Shown: positions 47,086 to 58,000, counted from the first letter of the stretch. The stretch is DNA of 64,000 bases from Polyangiales bacterium (GCA_038231275.1 JBBRLQ010000014.1:1-64000), one strand, 5' to 3'. Numbers and translations are program-made. The notes: generated by a model from the sequence alone, not told the origin.

Positions 47086-47278
47086 TCGATCTGTTGGAAC
47101 GCTCCGCATCCAGGCGAGGCGTCGCGTGCCAACCAAGTTTGCTTTGGCGGTCATGATGGACAGATCCCCTGGATCACGCGGGGTCCAGTCGTTGTGCCTC
47201 GCAACGCGCGAAATCACGAAATTGCCCGGGGAAAACGGGTAACCGTGTGTGGTCCAAGGTGTGCACCTGATCGCTCCG

Positions 47279-48523
47279 ATGCGATCCGTCCTCTCCCGCG
47301 CGCTGTTCCTCTCCGCACTGACCCTCCCCGCGTTCGCGCCTGGCTGCGCGTCGAAGTCGTCGACCGCGACGTCCGACGACAACGCCGTCACCGAGATCCC
47401 ACAGACGCCGGTGAAGGATCAGTCCATCGGCAACTGCTGGACGTACGCGACGGTCGGCTGGATGGAGTCGCTCGTCAAACAGGCGACGGCGACCGACCAC
47501 AACTTCTCCGAGTCGTACATCAACTACTGGTACTGGTTCGAGCAGATCGCCAACGACGGCGCGTCGTCGATCACCGAGGGCGGCTCGTGGGGCAAGGCCG
47601 TCGGGCTTGCGACGCGGTACGGCTTGTACGAAGAAGGCGACTTCATCGCGGCCGAGAAGGACGTCGCGCGCTCGAGCAGCCAAGAAGCTGCGCTCAAAGC
47701 GATCCGCACGTCGCTCGGCGGCGGCGCGCTGAAGACGCCGGAGGCGCGCGCCGATCGCAAGCTGGTGCGCGCGGAGCTCGACAAGGCGTGGGCGCTCGAT
47801 CCCGCGGTCGTCGCGCAGATGGACAAGCTCTTCGGCCAAGACGCGAGCAAGACGCTCGACGCCGTCACCGCGCTGCCCGACGGCGTGAGCGTGCACCGCA
47901 CCAAAGACTTCGCGGTGAAGCTCAAGGATCCGACGAGCGGCACCATGACGGATGCCACGCTCGCCGACGCGATCGGCACGGCGACGTTCGCGGGCTTCGA
48001 CGAGGATCGGACGGGAGCGCTCGCGTGGGGCAGCGCGCGATACCCCAGCGCATCCGACGCGAAGGGCCGCCGCGCGTTCTTGAAGCGCATCCAACGCGCG
48101 ATGCACGACAACCAGCCGGTGCTGCTCTCCTGGTACGTCGACTTCAACGCGATGTCGCTCGACGGGAAATTCCTGAAGCCCCCGGCGACGCCCGGCTCGC
48201 AAGGCGGGCACATGGTCGTCTTCGAGGACTACGAGGTCGACAACGTCCCCGGCTTCGGCACGCTCCCGGCGGGCACGCTGGAGTCACGCCCCGAGGCGCT
48301 CCAGGCCGCGCTGGCCGACGAGGCCACGATCCATTTCTTCCGGATCAAGAACTCGTGGGGCAACTACCGCTCGCCGGTGCTCGCCGGCTACCACGATCTC
48401 TACATGGACTACATGAACGGCCCGGTGCAGATCTGCCAGACGGACGCGAACGAGAAGCCGATCCCCGGCACGTGCCATGACGGGGTCCCGCTCGAGGACG
48501 TGGTGCTGCCGGCGGGGTACTGA
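47279..48523 (+). CDS. Papain-like (C1) cysteine peptidase lipoprotein, paralog B
   Basis: Lipobox APGC; DQSIGNCW, GGHMV and IKNSWG give the complete Gln/Cys/His/Asn set. Confidence 0.82.
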   Translation: MRSVLSRALFLSALTLPAFAPGCASKSSTATSDDNAVTEIPQTPVKDQSIGNCWTYATVGWMESLVKQATATDHNFSESYINYWYWFEQIANDGASSITEGGSWGKAVGLATRYGLYEEGDFIAAEKDVARSSSQEAALKAIRTSLGGGALKTPEARADRKLVRAELDKAWALDPAVVAQMDKLFGQDASKTLDAVTALPDGVSVHRTKDFAVKLKDPTSGTMTDATLADAIGTATFAGFDEDRTGALAWGSARYPSASDAKGRRAFLKRIQRAMHDNQPVLLSWYVDFNAMSLDGKFLKPPATPGSQGGHMVVFEDYEVDNVPGFGTLPAGTLESRPEALQAALADEATIHFFRIKNSWGNYRSPVLAGYHDLYMDYMNGPVQICQTDANEKPIPGTCHDGVPLEDVVLPAGY

Positions 48524-48662
48524 GCGTCGATCGCGTCGACGCGGAGCCCATCAGACGAGGAACACGCGGCGAGGGCGTTCACGAGGACGGCGACAAGGAC
48601 GGCGAGCGACGTGCCCATCATGACGACAGGACAAGCCGTCGTGTACCCTATGCAAGGGACCC

Positions 48663-49178
48663 ATGCGTGTGCGGGCGGCGGCAGGCGGTGACGCGGAGCA
48701 GATCGCGGCGATCTACGCGCCGATCGTGCGCGATACGACGATCTCGTTCGAGGTGGAGCCTCCGACCGCCGACGTCATGCGGGCGCGCATCGAAGCGCAT
48801 CCGACGCTGCCGTGGCTCGTCGCCGTGGATGACGCGGATGACGCCGCGATCCTCGGGTACGCCAACGCCAGGCCGCATCGCGAGCGCGCCGCGTACCGCT
48901 GGTCCGTCGACACCGCTGTGTACGTGAGGACCGACTGCCACCGGCGAGGCATCGGGAAGAGCTTGTACACGCGCCTCTTCGCCGACCTCGTGAGCCGCGG
49001 CTATTTCCAGGCGTTTGCGGGGATCGCGCTCCCCAACGCGTCCAGCGTCGGCATGCACGAGGCGCTCGGGTTCAAGCTCGTCGGCGTCTACGAGAACGTC
49101 GGGTTCAAGCTCGGCGCGTGGCGCGACGTCGGGTGGTGGCAGAGACCGCTGCAGCCGCTTCGCACTCCAGAGGAGTAG
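48663..49178 (+). CDS. GNAT N-acetyltransferase (phosphinothricin/ArsN1-like)
   Basis: ISFE..PP, RERAAYRWS, RRGIG, PNASSVGMH, VGFKLG.WRDVGWW. Confidence 0.9.
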   Translation: MRVRAAAGGDAEQIAAIYAPIVRDTTISFEVEPPTADVMRARIEAHPTLPWLVAVDDADDAAILGYANARPHRERAAYRWSVDTAVYVRTDCHRRGIGKSLYTRLFADLVSRGYFQAFAGIALPNASSVGMHEALGFKLVGVYENVGFKLGAWRDVGWWQRPLQPLRTPEE

Positions 49179-49188
49179 CGCCGCTTCG

Positions 49189-49989
49189 TCAGAAGGTGAG
49201 CGTCCCCTCGATGACCATCACCGCCTTGCCCGCGAGCCGCACGCGGTCACCGACGAGCGTGCAGACGAGCTCGCCGCCACGCTTGCTGACCTGGCGCGCC
49301 TTGAGGTGCGTCTTGTCCAGGCGCGCAGACCAGAAGGGCACGAGGGTGCAGTGCGCGGAGCCGGTGACCGGATCCTCGTCGACGCCCTTCGCGGGCGCAA
49401 AGAATCGCGAGACGAAATCCACGTCTGCGTCCCGGCCGGTGCCGGGCGCGGTGACGACGACCGCGAACTCGCTGTCGAGCGCGGCGATCTTGCGCATGTC
49501 GGGGCGAAGCGTGCGGACGTCCTCGGCGCACTCGTAGACGCAGACCAAATCGCGCGCGCGAACGACCTCGAGAGGCGCGCCGCCGAGCGCTTCGCCGAGC
49601 AGCTTCGGGGCTTCGCACGCGCGCGGCGGACGGGCCGGCAAATCCATGGCGAGCGCGTCGCCTTCCCGCGTCACGTCGAGCGCGCCGCTCTTCGTCCAGA
49701 AGCGCACCTTGTCGCGCGTCTTGTCGAGCCGATCGAAGAGCACGAACGCGGAGGCGAGCGTCGCGTGGCCGCAGAGATCCACCTCGACCTCCGGCGTGAA
49801 CCACCGCAAATCGTAGTCGCCGTCGGCGCGCTTCACGAAGAACGCCGTCTCCGACACGTTGTTCTCGGCAGCGATCTTGCGCATCACGTCCTCGGGGAGC
49901 CACGACGCGAGGGGGCACACGGCGGCGGGATTCCCCGAAAATGCGCGCTCGGCGAAGGCGTCGACCTGGTAGATCGGGACGGTGGACAT
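49189..49989 (-). CDS. PhzF family isomerase
   Basis: QVDAF..GNPAAV, SETAF, LCGHAT, EDPVTGSAH. Confidence 0.92.
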   Translation of the reverse strand: MSTVPIYQVDAFAERAFSGNPAAVCPLASWLPEDVMRKIAAENNVSETAFFVKRADGDYDLRWFTPEVEVDLCGHATLASAFVLFDRLDKTRDKVRFWTKSGALDVTREGDALAMDLPARPPRACEAPKLLGEALGGAPLEVVRARDLVCVYECAEDVRTLRPDMRKIAALDSEFAVVVTAPGTGRDADVDFVSRFFAPAKGVDEDPVTGSAHCTLVPFWSARLDKTHLKARQVSKRGGELVCTLVGDRVRLAGKAVMVIEGTLTF

Positions 49990-50042
49990 GCGCCATGCGT
50001 AGCGCAACCATGGGGGAGCGTCACGCATCGGAGGAGCGTCGC

Positions 50043-50849
50043 ATGCTGGAGAAGAAGAAGCTGGGCCGCTCGGGCATCCCCGTATCGCGCCTCGGTCTCG
50101 CGGGAGGATTCGGCATCGACGCGGACGGCGTCGAGCGCGCCTTCCATGAGCTCGGCGTGAATTACTTCTTCGTGACGCCGCGCTTCAAGCCGCTCATCGA
50201 GGGTTTGCGCCGCCTCATCAAGGCGGGGCATCGCAAAGACATCGTCCTCGCCATGGGCGCAAAGTACCCGACCGGCTGGAGCGTGCCGCGCGAGTTCGAG
50301 AGCGCCGCCAAGGCGATCGGCACAGACACGATCGACGTCTTCCACCTCTTTTGGGTGCAGGCGCACTGGTACGTCACCGGCAACACGTGGCCGGCGATGG
50401 TGAAGCTGAAGGAGGAGGGGAAGGTGCGCGCGCTCGCCATCTCGATCCACGATCGGCCGATGGCGTGTCAGCTCGCCTCTGAGCTCTCCCTCGACGCGCT
50501 CATGATTCGGTACAACGCGGCGCACCGCGGGGCCGAGAAGGAGATCTTCGCGACGCTCCCCGATCCGCGGCCCGGCGTCATCGCGTACACGGCGACGCGG
50601 TGGGGCCGGCTGCTGAAACCCGCAAAAGGGCTCGCCGCGATGAGCCCGCCGGAGTGCTACCGCTTCGCGATCGGGCACTCGGCCGTCGATACGGTCCTCT
50701 GCGGCGCCGGCTCGTACGAAGAGCTCGAGGCGAACGCGAAGGGCGTCATGCAAGGTCCGCTCGAGCTCCCGCGCCTCGCCGAGGTAAAGCAGTTCGGCGA
50801 CGCGGTCCGCGCGACGGCGACCGGCTCGCTCGGGTTCCTCGGCGCGTGA
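50043..50849 (+). CDS. Aldo/keto reductase family protein
   Basis: LGRSGIPVSRLGL, GTDTIDVF, KEEGKVRALAISIH. Confidence 0.75.
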   Translation: MLEKKKLGRSGIPVSRLGLAGGFGIDADGVERAFHELGVNYFFVTPRFKPLIEGLRRLIKAGHRKDIVLAMGAKYPTGWSVPREFESAAKAIGTDTIDVFHLFWVQAHWYVTGNTWPAMVKLKEEGKVRALAISIHDRPMACQLASELSLDALMIRYNAAHRGAEKEIFATLPDPRPGVIAYTATRWGRLLKPAKGLAAMSPPECYRFAIGHSAVDTVLCGAGSYEELEANAKGVMQGPLELPRLAEVKQFGDAVRATATGSLGFLGA

Positions 50850-51799
50850 ATCGCCTCCTTTTCTCGGTCTTCGCGTTCGCCACACTTCCCGTCGCGTGCC
50901 GATCGGCTCCGCCTGCGCCCGCAACGTCATCGGACTCGTCCATCACCTCCGTCGCCTCCGTCGCACCTGCGTCATCCGTCGCGGCACCCACGGCCTCCGG
51001 GCCCTCGCTCGTCGCGTCGCGCCCGTACGCAATCACGATTCCCACCGCAGGAGCTACCCCGCACGCGCTCGTCGTCCTGCTTCATGGGTACGGCGGCAAC
51101 GGTGCCGAGATCGACGGCGGTTGGGGAATCAGCGCGCTCGGCCGCCGCGAGGGATTCGCGGTCGCCGTCCCCGATGGAACGCCCGACGCGGGCGGCCGTC
51201 GTTTCTGGAACGCCTCCGAGGCGTGCTGCGGCTTCGACGATCCGCGCGCGAAGGTCGACGACGTCGCGTACATCCGCGCGATCCTCGATGACGCGTCCGC
51301 GCGCACGCCGATCGATCCGAAGCGCATCTTCGTCGTCGGCTTCTCCAACGGCGGATTCATGGCGCATCGTCTCGGCTGCGAGCTGTCCGATCGCCTCGCC
51401 GCGGTCGTGAGCGTCGCCGGCGCCGCCAACACGGACCCCTCGCGCTGCACCCCGACGTCACCGGTCAGCGTCGTGCAAGTCCACGGGACCGACGACAACG
51501 TGATCGCAATGGCCGGTGGCCGCACGTTCAACAAACCTTCGCGCGAATACCCATCCGTCGCGCAGACCATGGCGCAATGGAGCACGCGCCTGGGGTGCAG
51601 CGGCGCGCCCGAGGAAGGCGCCGCCCGCTTGGACTTGGACGCGCGCATCCCCGGCGCCGAGACGCGCGTGGATCGGTGGCGCGGCTGCAAGGCCGGGCTC
51701 GAGCTCTGGACCATCGACGGCGCCGGTCACGGCTTCGCGGCGACACCGTCGTGGTCCGAGTCGCTGTGGGCCTTCTTCAAGGCCCACCCGAAGCGCTGA
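50846..51799 (+). CDS. PHB-depolymerase/LpqP-type esterase lipoprotein
   Basis: Lipobox PVAC; LHGYG, WNASEACC, DDVAYI, GFSNGG, HGTDD, GAGH. Confidence 0.85.
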   Translation: MNRLLFSVFAFATLPVACRSAPPAPATSSDSSITSVASVAPASSVAAPTASGPSLVASRPYAITIPTAGATPHALVVLLHGYGGNGAEIDGGWGISALGRREGFAVAVPDGTPDAGGRRFWNASEACCGFDDPRAKVDDVAYIRAILDDASARTPIDPKRIFVVGFSNGGFMAHRLGCELSDRLAAVVSVAGAANTDPSRCTPTSPVSVVQVHGTDDNVIAMAGGRTFNKPSREYPSVAQTMAQWSTRLGCSGAPEEGAARLDLDARIPGAETRVDRWRGCKAGLELWTIDGAGHGFAATPSWSESLWAFFKAHPKR

Positions 51800-53521
51800 C
51801 TACTTCAGCTGCTGCGCGAGCGCCGCGTTGAAGGCGCCGACGTACGCCACGTAGCCGGCGCGGAAGTCCGCGAGCGTGTGCGAGTACGAGACGTCCGGCG
51901 TGACGCCGTTGTCCTCGATGAAGCGCGACTCAGGGTATGCGCCGGTCGGATCGTAGACCGTGCCGAGACCGCGCGAGATGCGCAGCTGCCCCTGCGTGTT
52001 CGTCAGCGTCGCGACCTGCTCGACGTTCCCGCCGCCGCCCATCGTGCGCTGCCCGAACAGCGGCGCGAGGCCATTGGCTTGCACGAGGAGAGGAACGAAG
52101 TCCGCGCACGACACCGACAGCTCATCGGTGAGCATCATAAAGGGCTTGGTCCAATGCGCCGCGTCCGCATCGAGCGTCGGCGTCGCGGTGAACATCGGGA
52201 GCGGGACGCTGAGCGGCTTCTTGGCGCTGTACGCGTCGTCGACGAGGTGCGCGTCCTGCATGAACACCGCGGCGAGCGGGTCGTTCGGATCCGCCTGCGC
52301 GACCTGCGTGGACGCGTCCGCGAAGCTCTGGATCCAGAGCCGATCGCCGTGCATCTCCTGGACCATGCTGTTCACCGTCTTCGGCGCGAGCAGCGAGACG
52401 ACGCCGAACGCGAAGGAGACGGAGCCGCCCGGGTTGTGCGTCTCGTCGAACACGAGCGCGTCGACCTGCGTCTGCTGCTCGTCGAAGAGGGCGCGAATGT
52501 AGTTGAGCGCGGCGCCCGCGTCGGCCGGCGTGTAGTCGGGGAGACGGAAGAGGAGGACCTTCTTGCCGTTCGTCGTGTACGTCGCCGCGAAGTAATCGAT
52601 CTGGGCCGCTGCGTCGGCGCTGACGCCGAACTTCGCGAGCGCCGCCGCGCTGGGCTTCACCTCGGCGGTGATTCCGAGGGACGCTTTGACGGCGTCCGTC
52701 ATGTAGAACGGAACCCGCGCGCCCAACTTGCCGAGCTCTTCGCGCGTGACCTCGGCGGCGATGTCCGACGCGGCCGTCATCGTCTTCGGACCCGACTTGC
52801 CGGCCTGCGGCGGCGGCGCGAGCGGCGGGAGGAGGTGCGGGATCTCTGCCCACGCGACGACCGCGTCTCGGAGGGTGCCGTCGGTGCCGCGGAGGTGAAG
52901 CTTCGCTTGCGCGCCGGCCTTGAGGCCCTTCGACAGGTACACCGATCGCGAGGTCAGACGCGCCGCCGCGATGTGCGCGGACGAGAGCGCGTTCGGCGTG
53001 CCGACGTATTTCAGGAAGCCCGCCGCGAGATCCTTCGCCGACTTGCCGTCGATCGCCAAAAGCTCGTCGCCCACCTTGACCTGGTCGCCGACAGCCGCGC
53101 CCACGCGGTAGACGACAAACGTGTCCTCGACCGGCATCACCGCCACCGGGATCCGGAACGCGTGGGAGGTGTCGTTCACGAGCTCCATCGAGAGCGACAC
53201 GTGCGCGTCCTGGAAGCGCGACACGAACTCCTGGAAGATGCCGCGGTACTCGGCCTCCGTCCGCGCATGCTTCACGCGCGCGCGATAGTCGGTGACGAGC
53301 GACTCGAACTTGAAGCCGTACCGCGCCTCCTTCCGGACGAGCGCGCCGTACAGTCCGCGGAAGGACGTCGCGATCTGGTCGAAGTCGGCGAGCGCTTCCC
53401 CGTTCGTGATGCCGCGGAGCTCGCTGGTGTCGCTCGTGTCGCTCTGTGAATCGGAGGAGCCGCACGCAGCGACGGTGAGAGCGAGAACAACCGCGGCGAG
53501 GGGCTTCGAGAGAACCTTCAT
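51800..53521 (-). CDS. S41 family peptidase lipoprotein with PDZ domain, CPAF-like
   Basis: Lipobox VAAC; QDAHV; PDZ GDELLAIDG; NPGG; DELSVSCADFVP; GQRTMGGGG. Confidence 0.82.
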   Translation of the reverse strand: MKVLSKPLAAVVLALTVAACGSSDSQSDTSDTSELRGITNGEALADFDQIATSFRGLYGALVRKEARYGFKFESLVTDYRARVKHARTEAEYRGIFQEFVSRFQDAHVSLSMELVNDTSHAFRIPVAVMPVEDTFVVYRVGAAVGDQVKVGDELLAIDGKSAKDLAAGFLKYVGTPNALSSAHIAAARLTSRSVYLSKGLKAGAQAKLHLRGTDGTLRDAVVAWAEIPHLLPPLAPPPQAGKSGPKTMTAASDIAAEVTREELGKLGARVPFYMTDAVKASLGITAEVKPSAAALAKFGVSADAAAQIDYFAATYTTNGKKVLLFRLPDYTPADAGAALNYIRALFDEQQTQVDALVFDETHNPGGSVSFAFGVVSLLAPKTVNSMVQEMHGDRLWIQSFADASTQVAQADPNDPLAAVFMQDAHLVDDAYSAKKPLSVPLPMFTATPTLDADAAHWTKPFMMLTDELSVSCADFVPLLVQANGLAPLFGQRTMGGGGNVEQVATLTNTQGQLRISRGLGTVYDPTGAYPESRFIEDNGVTPDVSYSHTLADFRAGYVAYVGAFNAALAQQLK

Positions 53522-53699
53522 TTGGCGCGTCCTTTGGTGAGCGTCCGCGGTGGGCAAGAGTGCCACCACGCCGCGAGGGGTGAGTGAATGGCGCACAAAT
53601 GCCCTGGGCGCCATGTCCGCGTGGGCACGGGCCTTTCTTTCTTTGGACAGCCACGCGGCAGGAGCGGAAAGTTCCGCTGGAGTCAGCCGCGGCGAGCGG

Positions 53700-54965
53700 T
53701 CACCGGACGGGAACGGGCTTCACGCCGACGCACGCCGACACTTCGAGCAGGATGTGGAAGAGCGCCTTCTCCTGCGCGAGGAGCGTGCTCGAGCCGCCGT
53801 TGTCAGTCCCCTCGGCGTGGTAGGTGCTGTACATCACGCGCCCGCACTTGTCCTGGAAGCTCACCGTCGCGATGCGCGCTTGGCTGCCGACCATCGTGCT
53901 CGCCCACACCTTCGGTGTGATCGTGACGGTCTTGCCGTCCTCGTCGAGGCCCTGCTGCGGCGAGGTGCTGTCGACGCCGACGTAGTTCTTCTGGAGCTGC
54001 GCGTTCTGCTCGCCGATCGCGTCCATCCAGGCCTTGAGCGCCGGATCCTGGAACTGCGCGGCGCCGCTGTAGTCGCCGATCGTGCATGCCGAGCCGATGA
54101 CCTTGGGATCGTCGCCCGTGAACTTCAGGAAGCCTGGCCACGTCTGGTTCACGTACTCGTAGCTCCAGTCGGTGACGTAGAGCTTGCCGCCGCGCTGGAT
54201 GAAGTCCTTCACCACCGCCTTCGAGCCGGAGCTCGGCGAGTAGATGCCGGAGCACGAGACGCCGCTCCCGGTGCCGGGATCCTGCACCTGGCCCGCGCAC
54301 GGGATGAAGATGATGTGGTACTTCGACGCGACCGCGGTGTCGTCGAGCGTGTGATCGATCTGGAAGCCGCCGGGCGGGCCGTCGAACTCCGTGATGCCGA
54401 GCTTCTTGAGCGAGTTGTCGATCGAGTCCCAGTTGGCCGCCATCACCTTCATCTTCGGGATGGTGTCGCCGTTCGCCGTGTCGTTCTTGCCGGGGAGTCG
54501 CGTGTCGTCGGCCTTGGAGCCTTGCGGCCCCGCGTGCACGTTCACCTTGCGGACGCGGCGGAACTGGCCCTTTTGGGTGACCATGTACTGGTCGCCCTCT
54601 TCGTAGACCGGCAGCTTGAAGAAGCCGTGCGCGTCCGAGTAGGTGAACGCGTAGGACGTCAGCTCGACGCACTTGTCGCAGTAGGTGCCGCTCGGGATGG
54701 GAGCCGGCAGCTCACGCGTAAGGTAGACGAGCGCGCCGGAGATCGGGATCGTGCCTTCCGGCGCGATGACGTTGCCGGTCACCTCGCCGATCGCAGGCGG
54801 GATCGCGTCGCTGCCGCCGCCTGCGTCGGTGCCGAACGACTGACCGCCGTCTCCTCCCGCACCGCCGCCGCTCGAGGCGCCGTCGTCGAAGCCGCCGGCG
54901 TGCTTGCCGCACGCGACGAAGGAGAGGCCGAGGACGGCCAGAGGGAGCGCGGCGAGGCGAATCAT
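53700..54965 (-). CDS. Lipoprotein with carboxypeptidase-regulatory-like N-domain, unknown function
   Basis: Lipobox FVAC; VTGNVIAPEG..PISGALVY, CDKC, KGQFRR, GGKLYVTDWSY, GRVMYSTYH; start at 54965 or 54980. Confidence 0.7.
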   Translation of the reverse strand: MIRLAALPLAVLGLSFVACGKHAGGFDDGASSGGGAGGDGGQSFGTDAGGGSDAIPPAIGEVTGNVIAPEGTIPISGALVYLTRELPAPIPSGTYCDKCVELTSYAFTYSDAHGFFKLPVYEEGDQYMVTQKGQFRRVRKVNVHAGPQGSKADDTRLPGKNDTANGDTIPKMKVMAANWDSIDNSLKKLGITEFDGPPGGFQIDHTLDDTAVASKYHIIFIPCAGQVQDPGTGSGVSCSGIYSPSSGSKAVVKDFIQRGGKLYVTDWSYEYVNQTWPGFLKFTGDDPKVIGSACTIGDYSGAAQFQDPALKAWMDAIGEQNAQLQKNYVGVDSTSPQQGLDEDGKTVTITPKVWASTMVGSQARIATVSFQDKCGRVMYSTYHAEGTDNGGSSTLLAQEKALFHILLEVSACVGVKPVPVR

Positions 54966-55075
54966 GGCGCGGGACTTCACGGCGCCCGAAGTCTGATCCG
55001 CAAGAGGGCTGAATTCAAGCCTTCCGTGACGATTTTAGAGCAAATGCTCCAACCTACATGGTGGGCCGCGACGCG

Positions 55076-58000
55076 TTACTGCGCGGCCTTCGACTCGGCG
55101 AAGAACGGGCAGCTGATGTCCGCGAGGCAACCGTGCGTGGTCGGGTGGCTCAGGTAGTAGACGTCCTTGCCCTCGCTCGCGAAGAAGCGCGCCATGAGGC
55201 CGTTGCCGTAGGTCGCGTAGTCCCAGCGGCGGCAGACGTCGGGCGCGTCCCAGGTGTGCTGGCCTTTGAGCTCGAGGTAGTGGTTCAAGACCGCGACGAC
55301 CTTGTCGTTGGCCGGCCACGCTTGATCGTCGGGCACGAACGGGATTCCGCGAAGGCGCGGCTCCCACGCGTGGGCGAGCGACGCGGCGTCGGTCGGATGG
55401 AGGCCGGCGATGCGGCCGAGGCGAACCGGCACGTCGGCGTGCGGCTGGTCGAGCTTGCTCTTGCCCTCGCTCACCCAGTCCACGTCGTAGAGCGCCTTCG
55501 AGCACGCCTCGGTGTCGATCGACTTGGTGTCGTTGCAGGTCGGCGTCTTCGCGTCGAGGTAGTTCGGCTTGCAGCCGGGACCGGCGTGCGTCCGCGCGAG
55601 GCGGGCGACGCCCTCGGCCACGAAGTTCTGGATGTACACCTGCGCAGGCGTGCGGCCGCCGAGCTGGTCGTAGAGCGCCTGCGGGGTCACATAGTCGGCG
55701 TACTCGGGGTACTTCGCGAGCGCTTGCGGCGGCAAGAACGGCACCCCGCCAGCCGCGCGCGCGAACGTGATGCCGGTCGCGATGTTCACGAACGCGTCGC
55801 CCACGGTGTTGATCGAGAGGAGGCCATGCGGCGCGACCGGGTGGTCGTTCTCGTCGAGGAGCGGCCGGATCATGTAGTACGGCGCGAAGTTGATCGGATC
55901 GGCCGGATCGACCGCCGCTTGCGCGAGATCGCGGAGGCGACGAAGGTGCGGCGTCTGGCGTGGGAAGCCGAAGCCGTCGTTCGGCGCCGCGAGCGACGAC
56001 CCGACCGGGAAGAACGTGTCCCGGAATTGCTGGCAGCCGCTGTCGCCATCGCAGTGCGTCTTGTCGCCGTCGGCGACCGGGAAATTCTTGAACGACGCCT
56101 TCTCCCACGTGCTCACGCGCCTCCCAACCGGCGCGTTGGCGAGGACGCGACAGCCGTCGTACGATTGGACGACGTCCGGCGCGGTGTAGACCTGGAAGTC
56201 GACCTTGTCGCCTTTGGTGGCGGGGAGCGAGATGCGGAACCGGCCGTCGACGCTCGTGCGCGCGCAGCGGACCTCGCGGTTGCGGAGGTTCGTCGCGACG
56301 ACGGTGAAATTCTCCGCGAGCTCCTCCGGCTTGAGGCACGCGATCTCGAGCTCGCGCGACTCGTCGCCTTCGTTCACGATCCATCGGAGGGTGCGTTCGG
56401 TGGGTTGGCAAAGCGTCCCGAGCTCGCTGTCCTTCTGTTTGTCGGGGCGCTCGGCTGCCGGGAGGCTGATGAGGAGCGGTCCGAGCATTTGCTCGGTGAC
56501 GGCCTCGGTGACGCCGTACGAGCGCACGCCGACGTCGACGAGCGCGCCGCCGCCGCTCATGGGCGACGTCTGCGAGAGGTACGGATCGATGCCGCCTTGA
56601 ATCTCGCTCATGATGCCGCCGAGCGACTCGCCGGCCGCCGAGTACTTCACGTTGGGTCCGCCGACGTCGACCGTGCCATCGCCGTCGAAGTCGCCTGCGA
56701 GATCGAGCTGCCCGTCGCCGTTGTAGTCCTGCGTCGCCTTCTTCACGCCGTCGAACGATCGCAAGATGCGCGTCAGCTGCATCCCGTCGAGGATGCCCTG
56801 CCGAACGTTGTCGCGAACGTGGAAGACGTGCGCCGTCCACCAGAACCACCCCGAGTCGGGGACGCCGTCGCCGTTCAGGTCGTGCGCGCGCCCGGTGTTG
56901 ATGCCGTTCTCCCACGGCACGAGGCACGTCTCGTTCAGCTTCGCCTTGGTGATGAGCTCTTCGCCGGGCTTCAGCGCGATGCCGTGCTCCGGGTTGTCGT
57001 ACATGACGAGCGCGATGCCCTGCCGCGCGTAGTCGCCGGCGTACACGAGCAGCTCGTCGGTGTGCGACGTCACGCCGTGTCCGTAGAAGGCGACGGGGAA
57101 GGGCGGCTTCATCGTCGCGGTGGTCTTCGGCACGCTCAGCCAGAAGGTCACCGTGTCGGGGCGCACGTCGCCCTCGCCGGTCTTGAAGTTCACGTGGAAG
57201 CGCGTCTCTTCGTCGCGCGACGCCGGATCACCGAGCAAAAAAGGCGATTTGAAGTTTCCGATGACGACGTGGTCGACGTGCTCGAGCTGGTTCAAGAGCC
57301 CCGCGGTGTCGCCCGGATCGAAGTTGAAGAGATCCGTGAAGAACGAGTGGAACGCGTCGGTCACGTCCGGATCGCTCACCTTCACGACGTAAGGCGTCTT
57401 GTTTCGCTTGGCGCAGACCGGATCGTTGTCGGGCACCGGATCGTTCGGATCGCTCGTTCGGCCCGCTGCCTTGAAGATGCTGACGTCGGCCGGATACTCG
57501 CTCTTCCACCGCCAGAACGGCCCGGTGCCGTAGAGCCCGTTCCTGAGGAGCTGCATGTCCTCGTGGACCGGCTGCGTCGTGAAGCTCCACACGAACTGAA
57601 CGTGCCCGAGACCGCTCCCCGAGAGATCGCCGTAGTACGCGGCGAAGCGACCGTCGTTCATGTACGCCCGCGCCGCCTCTGCGCCGCGACGCTGGAGCGG
57701 GTGGTGCACGTACGGGAACGGCGAGCGCACCGGCTGGCCGTCGTAGCCCTTGAGGCGATCGGTGATGACGACCGCGTACTCCGTCTTCTCCTCGAGCGGG
57801 ATCACGGGACGGAGGATGAGCGTGTCGGTCTCGCGCTCGTACCAGGTCATGAGATCGTCGACGCCGGCGATCTGACCAGGCTTGAGCGGCCCGAGCGTGT
57901 TCGGATGATCGAGCACACCGTCGAAGTCGCGATCGAGCGAAGGCCGGTAATCCGCCTGCGTGAGGCCAGCGCCCTCTTCGACCGTCTCGAACAGGAGGTT

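Noticed and set aside
49189..49989. PhzF-like gene as part of a phenazine cluster
   Set aside because: No other phz genes nearby; stand-alone PhzF homologs are widespread.
53581..53598. TGAGTGA upstream of the CPAF-like gene as a second FadR-like box
   Set aside because: Only one half-site matches; the other arm is not complementary.
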